This document shows, one piece after another, positions 56,537 to 64,000 of a stretch of DNA of 64,000 nucleotides; the stretch's first letter is position 1; each line of letters begins with the position of its first letter. Source of the stretch: Polyangiaceae bacterium (GTDB lineage Bacteria > Myxococcota_A > Polyangia > Polyangiales > Polyangiaceae). The stretch is from the NCBI GenBank assembly GCA_965222375.1, contig CBDCTZ010000015.1, positions 288,001 to 352,000 of the forward strand, given 5' to 3'. The position numbers and the translations under genes were made by a program. The notes under the pieces are model-generated. The model made no database searches and was not told where the DNA came from. It saw nothing but the letters and a program-made list of their open reading frames with translations.

Positions 56537-57943
56537 ATGAAACACGACCTTTTTCCGGCGTTTGGTCGCCGGGTACGCACCCTTTCTGGAATCGCCCTGA
56601 CCCTTTTCGTCTCGGTGTATTCGGGGGTGGCCTGCTCAGATGCCCAGTCCGGCCAGGGTGCAGGTGCAGCCGGCGGCGCTGGTGGTGCAGGCGCATGCCC
56701 CCTCGCGGTGCTGTGCGACGGACAAAACGTCGCGACCCTGAATACCTGCAGCCAGGTGAAGCAGGTGCTCACGGCGTGTCCCAAGAGTTGTCATCAGGGC
56801 GACTGCGTGGATTGTGTACCGGGCGCGGGGCAGATCTGCGTCGGCAACGACGTGTACGAAATTGACAGTTGCGGCACCCAGGGCGCCCTCAAAGAAAGCT
56901 GCCCCAACGGTTGCGCGAGCGGTAGCTGCATCGCGGCGGGCTGCACGCCCAAAGCGGCGAAGACCTGCGTTGGGGACACGGTCTTTTCCGTCGACTCCTG
57001 TGGCAATCGAGAGAACGCCGAGCAGATCTGCAAAGCTGGTTGTGAAAATGGAGCGTGCAAGTCCTGCACGCCCAACGCCTTCACGGCCTGCTTCGGCGGC
57101 GACATCTACTCCCTGGACAGCTGCGAGGGACTCGGACCCATCGCTCAAGACTGTCCCGACACATGCGAGTTCAGCGGCGGCAGCGTCAAGTGCGTGACGA
57201 ATACGACGTGTACCAAGAACAGCTCCCTGACTTGCTTCCTGGGCGACATTCACTGGGTCGACAGCTGCGGCGGCATCCAGCCGGACATCAGCGAGGACTG
57301 CCCCAGCGGCTGCGACACCTCGGGCTGCCTGCCCTGCGTGCCGACCCCCGCGGGCAAGACCTGCGTGGGCAACGCCGTCCACGAACTGCTCGGGGGCTGC
57401 CCAGGCGTGGCTCCCACGCCTGGGAACAAGCTGGAAGATTGCGCCAACGGCTGCGCGAACGGCGCTTGTTTGCCTCCGGGTTGCGTGCCTGACGTGGGCC
57501 GTATCTGCGTCGGCTCCGCGGTGCACAACGTGGACTCTTGCGGCAAAGCGGGAACCTTGATCCAGGCGTGCCCGACGGGTTGCACCAAGGGTGCGTGTAA
57601 TCCCACGGGTAGCGGCGGCGGTGGCGGCACCGGCGGCGTGGGCACCGGCGGCGCGGGTGGCACCGGGGGTGGCGGCGCGGAAACGTGCACGTGCACCAAC
57701 AACGACGGGATCCAGTGCATCACAGGTACGACGCAAACCAACTGCACCGGCTGCTTCAATGGGGGTTCCTGCCCGAACCCGACGCTGTGCAACGCCGCTT
57801 GCTTGAGCGAGTTCACCTGCGGAGACGGCGGCATTATCGTTGGCGGCGGCTGGCTCGGCGATTGCTCGGGCTGCCCGTCGACGAATAAGAGCGTGTGCTA
57901 CGACGCGCAGCTTTGCGCCACACTGAAGTGCGCCCTTCCGTAA
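56537..57943 (+). CDS. Cys-rich repeat lipoprotein (paralog 1)
   Basis: GVA-C; about 7 repeats of C.G..(V/I)...DSC......C...C..G.C. Confidence 0.85.
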   Translation: MKHDLFPAFGRRVRTLSGIALTLFVSVYSGVACSDAQSGQGAGAAGGAGGAGACPLAVLCDGQNVATLNTCSQVKQVLTACPKSCHQGDCVDCVPGAGQICVGNDVYEIDSCGTQGALKESCPNGCASGSCIAAGCTPKAAKTCVGDTVFSVDSCGNRENAEQICKAGCENGACKSCTPNAFTACFGGDIYSLDSCEGLGPIAQDCPDTCEFSGGSVKCVTNTTCTKNSSLTCFLGDIHWVDSCGGIQPDISEDCPSGCDTSGCLPCVPTPAGKTCVGNAVHELLGGCPGVAPTPGNKLEDCANGCANGACLPPGCVPDVGRICVGSAVHNVDSCGKAGTLIQACPTGCTKGACNPTGSGGGGGTGGVGTGGAGGTGGGGAETCTCTNNDGIQCITGTTQTNCTGCFNGGSCPNPTLCNAACLSEFTCGDGGIIVGGGWLGDCSGCPSTNKSVCYDAQLCATLKCALP

Positions 57944-58049
57944 GCGCGGACCGCGCGCGTGACCTAACCTGCAGCGGCGTGGATTCGCTGGCCTCCCGAA
58001 GAGCATCCAGCGAGCCCGCGTCGCAACTTCCACCACATCGGACCAGACC

Positions 58050-59405
58050 ATGCATCGCAATCGTCTACACAGCGCCATCCACAGCCTGGGCACTCTCGCC
58101 CTGGCCATGCTGGGCATGGGCTACACAGTCAGCGCTTGCACCGATGCCCAAGCCGGTGACCCCGGTACGGGCGGTGCAGGAAGTGGTTGCAAGGTCGCCG
58201 TACTCTGTGACGGCAGCGAGCTGGTGGGCCTGGATACGTGCAACCAAGCCAAAACACCGCTCACGACCTGCCCCAAGGGCTGCCATCAAGGGCAGTGCGT
58301 GGACTGCGTTCCTGATGCCGGCCAACTCTGCGTCGGCAACGACGTGTATCCGATTGATAGCTGCGGCAACCAGGGCAAGCTCCAGGAGAGCTGCGTCAAG
58401 GGCTGCGCGAGCGGCAGCTGCGTAGCCGACAATTGCACCCCCAACGCGTCGAAGCAGTGCATTGGGGATACGGTGTTTTCCCTCGACTCTTGCGGAAACC
58501 TAGAAAACGCCGAGCAGGTCTGCGCCGCGGGTTGTGACAGCGGCGCGTGCAAGTCGTGTACGCCCAATACTTCTACTGCTTGTTTCGACGGCAATATCTA
58601 CTCCGTCGACAGCTGCCAAGGGCTGGGTGCGAAAGTCCAAGATTGCCCCGACGCCTGCGAGTTCAGTGCCGGCTCCGCGAAGTGTGTGTCGAACTCAGCA
58701 TGCACCAAGAACAACTCCTTGCAGTGCTTCCTGGGTGACATTCATTGGGTCGATAGCTGCGGCAACGTGCAGCCCGAGATCAGCGAGGACTGCCCCAGCG
58801 GTTGCAACAAGGCGGGTTGTTTGCCCTGCGTGCCCGCACCGACGGGCAAGACCTGCGTCGGCAAGGCGGTCCACGAGATTGTGGGAGGCTGTCCAGGCGC
58901 GCCGCCGGTCACCGGCAACAAGCTCGAAGACTGCGAGCATGGCTGCCAGAACGGCGCCTGTTTGCCAACAGCCTGTGTGCCGGGCGTTGGCAAGATCTGC
59001 GTCGGCAATGCCGTGCACTCAGCCGACTCATGCGGCAACCCTGGAACGCTGCTCCAGACCTGTCCCGTTGGAGGCGGCTGCACCCAAGGCACGTGCACCG
59101 CGGGCGAAGGGGGCCTGGTCGAAACCTGCAGCTGCGACCTGGTGGAGGGTGCCGAGCTTTATCTGTCCTGCGAGACCGGCATCACCAAGACGGAGTGCGG
59201 CGGCTGCCTTTGGGGCGAGGGCACGTGCCCGAATCCGACTCTGTGTGACAACTCGTGCTTGGGCGAGCTCCAGTGCTCCGATGGAGCCGTCATCCTCAGC
59301 CCGGACCGCAAGGTCGGCAACTGCTACAAGTGCCCCTCGACGAAGTACAGCGAGTGTTTCAACGCGAAGCTGTGCAACGCGGTCTGCCCGCCCCTCGGCG
59401 AATAG
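58050..59405 (+). CDS. Cys-rich repeat lipoprotein (paralog 2)
   Basis: VSA-C; collinear with paralog 1 (CPK.CHQG.CVDCVP, CFLGDIHWVDSCG, ISEDCPSGC). Confidence 0.85.
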   Translation: MHRNRLHSAIHSLGTLALAMLGMGYTVSACTDAQAGDPGTGGAGSGCKVAVLCDGSELVGLDTCNQAKTPLTTCPKGCHQGQCVDCVPDAGQLCVGNDVYPIDSCGNQGKLQESCVKGCASGSCVADNCTPNASKQCIGDTVFSLDSCGNLENAEQVCAAGCDSGACKSCTPNTSTACFDGNIYSVDSCQGLGAKVQDCPDACEFSAGSAKCVSNSACTKNNSLQCFLGDIHWVDSCGNVQPEISEDCPSGCNKAGCLPCVPAPTGKTCVGKAVHEIVGGCPGAPPVTGNKLEDCEHGCQNGACLPTACVPGVGKICVGNAVHSADSCGNPGTLLQTCPVGGGCTQGTCTAGEGGLVETCSCDLVEGAELYLSCETGITKTECGGCLWGEGTCPNPTLCDNSCLGELQCSDGAVILSPDRKVGNCYKCPSTKYSECFNAKLCNAVCPPLGE

Positions 59406-59495
59406 CGGCGGCCGGGGCTCCATCGTGCGCCGAACCCAGGGCTGAACACGAGGACCGCAGAAGACTGCGCAGCAGCTCGCATCACGCAGCGACAG

Positions 59496-60620
59496 CTACT
59501 TGCTCGGATCGACCAACCCGTAGAGCGACCCCTTGCCCTTGGCGATTCTCACGTTGTCGTGAAAGAAGGTGCGTTCGACGATGTTCGCATCGTAGTTCTT
59601 GCCGTTGGGTGGCTTGCGCCAGGCGGTCTTGTACAGGCCAAGCTTCATCCAGCTGCCTCCAGCGTTCCCGTAGTCCGTAGGGCCAGAATAGTCCACGACC
59701 AGCTTTCCATTCATCCAGACCTCGAGGCGCCCATCGGCTTTCGGCGACCAAACGACGTGAAACACCCAGTCTGTCCAGCCGCCCTTCGTGACGGCCCCCA
59801 GGTCCTTCTCGAAAACGATCTTGTCCGTCCTCTTGCAGTCGTTCACGACATCTGGGCTGGCTTTGGCACGAACCACCCAATTGGTCCCTGCAATTCTGAG
59901 ATGCAAGGGCGGGTTTCCACCGGAGGAGCAGCCCGGAGTTGCGCCAGAGCCGTGATGCCACTGCACCACCGTATCGCCACTCAGCGCGTCCGTCTGATGT
60001 CCAACCGGCACGAAGACGCTCATGCCGTACCAATAGTCCACACCTTCCAATACGTTGTCGCGGGCCTCGCCCCGGGGGACCGCTTCAGTGCGATAGGAGA
60101 CGTTGCTAGTCAGCCGGTTCAGGTACGACTTCAGCGCGCGGCCACCGGATCGTGACTGCTCTGCGGATACTTCGGTGCAGTTTCCAGAGCAGTTTCCCCA
60201 CCAGCCGTAGCCCGCGGGCGCATCGATCTTGTCTTTGGTTGGCGGCTGCTTCAGCACCGCCTTTTCGAAATCGTCAAAGAAGATCAGGGTGCCGCTGCCG
60301 CTGGGCGTTCCACCATTCCCAGCGGAACCCGAGCTCCCAGCTGCAGCACCACCTCCTGCTGCACCGGCCGTAGCGCCGCCGCCGGCGGCACCCGCAGCGC
60401 CGGCCGTGGCGCCTCCTCCTGCTGCGCCCCCAGCGCCGGCTGCGGCGCCACCTCCTGCTGCGCCTCCACTCGTGGAGCCTCCGCTGGCGGGAAGCCCACC
60501 GGCGCCGGCGGCACCACCCTCGCTGTCATCCGACCCGCCACATCCGACGCACGCCACGAATACCGACACGACAGCAAGTCGTGTCAGGGGCCCATTGATC
60601 AACGAAGCACTTCGTTTCAT
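59496..60620 (-). CDS. Polysaccharide lyase (heparin lyase I-like beta-sandwich) lipoprotein
   Basis: CVG-C; YRTE, YWYG.S.F.P, VVQWH, NPPL, GGWTDWV..V.WS..DG.LEVW.NG, KLGLYK. Confidence 0.8.
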   Translation of the reverse strand: MKRSASLINGPLTRLAVVSVFVACVGCGGSDDSEGGAAGAGGLPASGGSTSGGAAGGGAAAGAGGAAGGGATAGAAGAAGGGATAGAAGGGAAAGSSGSAGNGGTPSGSGTLIFFDDFEKAVLKQPPTKDKIDAPAGYGWWGNCSGNCTEVSAEQSRSGGRALKSYLNRLTSNVSYRTEAVPRGEARDNVLEGVDYWYGMSVFVPVGHQTDALSGDTVVQWHHGSGATPGCSSGGNPPLHLRIAGTNWVVRAKASPDVVNDCKRTDKIVFEKDLGAVTKGGWTDWVFHVVWSPKADGRLEVWMNGKLVVDYSGPTDYGNAGGSWMKLGLYKTAWRKPPNGKNYDANIVERTFFHDNVRIAKGKGSLYGLVDPSK

Positions 60621-61071
60621 GCCTGGTTCTCCGAGCAAACCTCGTGCCGCGCACTTCCCGTGTGGATGCTAGCATTGAAAGGGGTTGGAAGGCGTTCTCC
60701 AGCCGGGCCCTAGTCGCATGAATGCGACTCGAGGAACACGAAGGCAACTCTTGGCTGGCGGAGTCTGCGTTCTCTCGCCGACGGAGTTAGCACGACAACG
60801 TGTCAGGACGCGCCGTGTCTGGCTGCGTCGCAGCGATCCTCCAGCGCCGCGCCCTTCGACGAGGTACAACCGGTGCTTCAACGCAGAGCCGTGTGACTCT
60901 CGGTCGCTTGCCCGGTAGAACACCGCGCGCTAGCGTTTCCGACATGCTTCCCCGATGGGTCGCCGGCGCGCTGGCCATCTCACTTCCGTTCCGGTCGATG
61001 ACGCCGCGATGCTCGAGCCCACACACCCAGCGCGACTGAGGGGCGCGCTGGGTGTCCCGGCCTAGACGGGC

Positions 61072-61620
61072 GTGGTTTCGAGTCTTACCCTGCGCAGCGT
61101 GGCAAAGCCTGCAGCACAGAGGTCCGAGCGCCATTCGAGCCGGCGACCGAGCGCCAGGTCGCAGCCGCGGCTCGGGGCAGCCCTGGCCGTGCTGGCAGCG
61201 CTGCTGGCGTGCAAGGGCTCTGCGCCCAAGGGCGATCCGGAACTGGAGCAGCGCGTGGGCACTCAGATCCGCCGGGCTCCGGCTGGAGACTTGGCTACGG
61301 TTTTTGCAAATGAAACCAAGAGCGCGGCTTCGGAGGGACGTCAGGCGCTGCTCTACGTTGGCGCGTCCTGGTGCAAGCCCTGCAAGGTGTTCAAGAACCA
61401 TGTGCGGGCAGGCAAGTATGACCGCGAGTTTCCGAAGCTGCGCTTCATCGAATTCGACGGCGGCTACGATCAAGACCGATTGGGTGCCGCGGGCTGCCAA
61501 TCACCGAGCATCCCGCTATTTGCCAACGTCGACGGCAGCGGGCGCTGCGCCAAGAACTACAGTGGCTACGGAAGCCCTCGCTCGATGACGCGTCAGTTCC
61601 GCATCCTCTTGACCCAGTAG
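61072..61620 (+). CDS. Thioredoxin-like lipoprotein
   Basis: LLA-C; YVGASWCKPC; SIPLF; start uncertain. Confidence 0.8.
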   Translation: MVSSLTLRSVAKPAAQRSERHSSRRPSARSQPRLGAALAVLAALLACKGSAPKGDPELEQRVGTQIRRAPAGDLATVFANETKSAASEGRQALLYVGASWCKPCKVFKNHVRAGKYDREFPKLRFIEFDGGYDQDRLGAAGCQSPSIPLFANVDGSGRCAKNYSGYGSPRSMTRQFRILLTQ

Positions 61621-61654
61621 GCGCATGCTCGAAAAGGCCTCCCGGGCGCCGGTT

Positions 61655-61710
61655 CGAGATTAGTGCACCCGGTCGACCTAGAGACACGACCCTAAAAACC
61701 CAAACCTCCA
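61655..61710 (-). repeat. Dispersed bipartite motif, copy C
   Basis: Minus strand TGGAGGTTTGGGTTTTTAGGGTCG-N23-CTAATCTCG. Confidence 0.75.
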
Positions 61711-61740
61711 ACTCGACGCCCCCGGCGAATACAATGGGCG

Positions 61741-62886
61741 TCAGCCGCTGCTCAACACGTCTCGCGCGATGAGCAAGCGCTGAACCTCGCTGGTGCCTTC
61801 GTAGATCCGAGTCACCCGCACGTCGCGGTACAGCCGCTCGATGGAAAACTCCGTCGAATAGCCATACCCGCCATGCAGTTGAAGCATGCAGTCAACAATG
61901 TTGCTCGCCGCTTCGGAAGCGAACAGCTTGGCCATGCTCGTTTCCGCTGCCGCGCGCTCGCCAGCGTCGACGAGTTTGGCGGCCCGGAGCGTGAGCAGCC
62001 ATGCGGCGTCGAGGTTCATCCGCGAATCCGCGAAGGCGAATTGCGAGTTCTGGAAGTCCGCGACTCGCTGGCCAAAAGCCCGACGGTCCTTGGCATAGCT
62101 GAGCCCCTCGGCGAGCGCGGATTCCGCAATACCGACACAGACCGCGGCAATACCAACACGACCTTCGGTGAGGGACTCGAGGGCGATGGGGTAGCCGCCG
62201 TCCCGGGGCCCGATCATGTTGGCGGCGGGCACGCGGCAGCCTTCGAAGGAAAGCGCGACCGTACCGGAAGCTCGCTGTCCCATCTTGTCCTCGTGTTTGC
62301 CGATTCGAAAACCCGGCGCGTCTTTCTCCACAGCAAAGCAGCTGATGCCTTTGGGGCCGGGACCGCCCGTGCGGGCGAATACCAATGTGACGCCGGCGTG
62401 GCCGCCGCTGGTGATCCACATCTTCTCGCCGTCGAGGATCCACTCGTCGCCTTCGAGGCGTGCCTTTGTGGTGAGGGCCGCTGCGTCGGAGCCGCAGGCG
62501 GGTTCGCTGAGGGCAAACGCCGCGGGGCCCGGACTCCCCGCGAAGGAAAGGCCCCAACAGTCGCTCACGCTGCTCTTCGCTACCGTGATCGAACAGGACT
62601 TTCGCCGTGAGGTTGCTGGAGGCGACGATGGTTGCCGTCGAAACACAGCTCGCGGCGATGGCTTCCATTGCCAGCGCGAAGCCCACGTTGTCCGTGCCTG
62701 CTCCTCCGACTTCTGCGGGCACCTTCATTGCCAGCAGACCAAGGTTGGCGGCTTCTTGCACCTCTTCGAGGGGGAACACGCCAGTGCGGTCCCCGCTCGG
62801 CAGCTTTGGGTGCCAGGCGGCGCTGTGCGAAGTCCTCGCGCGGCGGCGCCGATCATCAGTTGCTCTTCGCTCAAATCGAAGCCCAT
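61741..62886 (-). CDS. Acyl-CoA dehydrogenase, split by three +1 frameshifts (probable sequencing errors)
   Basis: MGFDLSEEQ; FALSEPACGSD; GEKMWIT; KMGQRAS; GRVGIAA; HGGYGY; IYEGTSEVQR; extra bases near 62834, 62791-62794 and 62524-62527. Confidence 0.88.
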
Positions 62887-63149
62887 TCGCGTCAGCTGGG
62901 TGTCCTGCTGCATATTGCTCTCCAAGCCGTTTCTTGGCTCATCGTCGCCGCGGGGGAAAGCGTCGAATGGGCACAATCGACGAGAACGTTGACCTCGGAC
63001 CGAGAGCCAGATGTGCGGGCAATGCCTGCATTGACCGCCAAGCCAAAACGCGAAAAAATCGTGTTCATGGCAGCGCAGCACTGCTTCGGCGTTTTTGCCT
63101 GCGCGGCATCGGCGTCAGCGCCTCATGCTGAGGGATCGGGGGCTAGCGG

Positions 63150-63644
63150 TCACGGCCCTTTGACGCACATGCCGGCGACCAAATCCGGCTGCACTTTGCA
63201 CAGGCCCCGCTCTTTGCACAAAGCCGACTGCTTGCAATCCGCGTCGGTCGCCGCCACACAAGCCTTCCGACGCAGGGTGCACTTACCTCGCTTGCGGCAA
63301 GCCTCGCTCTTCTGACAATCTGCTGGTTCGGTGCTGATGCAGTTGCCGATGCCGGCATGATAAGTGCAGCCACCGCCGATGCGGCAGCGATCGCTGGCCC
63401 GACAACGCTCGTGGGCTTTGGCCTTGCTCAGACAAGTCCCCGGGCCACTCCCGGCGGTGTAACAAACCAGGCCCTTCGCGCAGCGAGGCCCGCCCGCTTG
63501 ATCCGTTTTGGCACATTCTGCACCTGCTCCCGGCTTGCTGCACGCGATCAGCAGCAGCGAGGTCAGCAGTACGGCTGACGCGTGGAGGAGCGCTGTCTGG
63601 GAGAGGCGATTGTGGCGATCGCCGATTCGCGGATGGATTCGCAT
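63150..63644 (-). CDS. Cys-rich lipoprotein
   Basis: LIA-C; repeats DC..S..C...G.C; start uncertain. Confidence 0.7.
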   Translation of the reverse strand: MRIHPRIGDRHNRLSQTALLHASAVLLTSLLLIACSKPGAGAECAKTDQAGGPRCAKGLVCYTAGSGPGTCLSKAKAHERCRASDRCRIGGGCTYHAGIGNCISTEPADCQKSEACRKRGKCTLRRKACVAATDADCKQSALCKERGLCKVQPDLVAGMCVKGP

Positions 63645-63742
63645 TCCTCGAGACAGTCTTCGGACCATCCCGCTAGCGTACATGAGTCTGTACACTCCAG
63701 CGCCCTTTCCAGGGTGGCTGGAACCTCGCAGGCGTTGCCCGC

Positions 63743-63991
63743 TCAGCGTTTGATCGCGGCATGGGCGGTCAGAAGCCCCGCAGCCAGAACGAAGGTCGGC
63801 ACCACCAACACCGCGCTGGCGTACAACACGAGGTAGAGCAGGCCCCGCAAGACCGATGATCCGTAGCTGCCGGCAGTGGCCGGCAGGGTGCCGGAGAGAA
63901 TGCTGATGCTGTCGCGCAGGCCCGCGAGGTGCGCGAGCGCAAAAGTGAGTCCGAGACCCAGCGCGACGGCGAGCAGTGCTTTGGGCGACAC
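63743..63991 (-). CDS. Small 2-TM membrane protein
   Basis: Two hydrophobic helices around LR..ISILSGT. Confidence 0.6.
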   Translation of the reverse strand: MSPKALLAVALGLGLTFALAHLAGLRDSISILSGTLPATAGSYGSSVLRGLLYLVLYASAVLVVPTFVLAAGLLTAHAAIKR

Positions 63992-64000
63992 ACCATTTTG

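Noticed and set aside
60676..60730. Possible sixth bipartite-motif copy (GGGGTTG-N22-CTAGTCGC) with hairpin AGTCGCAT/ATGCGACT
   Set aside because: Both boxes mismatch and it does not follow a stop codon; too weak to count
1..64000. tRNA, rRNA, transposase, integrase or prophage genes
   Set aside because: None recognised by eye; not confirmed with tRNAscan, Infernal or HMM searches

Overview
GC-rich bacterial DNA with a myxobacterial (Myxococcota, Polyangiaceae-like) signature: a MYXO-CTERM protein, an AgmX/PglI C-terminal protein, two Ser/Thr kinases, PEGA proteins and about 15 lipoproteins with Gly/Ala-rich linkers. Housekeeping genes are purM, purN, rsmD, truA and ttcA. The main biological signal is an apparently complete bacterial sphingolipid/ceramide pathway dispersed over about 45 kb: a serine palmitoyltransferase with an extra N-terminal domain (9.1-10.7 kb), a bCerS-like GNAT, CerR-like reductase and cytochrome P450 cluster (18.1-21.6 kb), and a desaturase plus FA2H/Scs7-like 2-hydroxylase operon (51.9-53.7 kb). 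A TetR-controlled ThDP-lyase/SDR operon carries two perfect 16-bp operator palindromes. Non-coding discoveries: a five-copy bipartite motif (GGGGTCG-N22/23-CTAMTCYCG) always just downstream of a stop codon on the sense strand, a two-copy 40-bp palindromic repeat flanking one gene, and a 20-bp tandem array. At least four genes are broken by +1 frameshifts, mostly in homopolymers, which points to sequencing error. I found no rRNA, tRNA, CRISPR array or transposase. All family calls come from motif recognition by eye; no searches were run.
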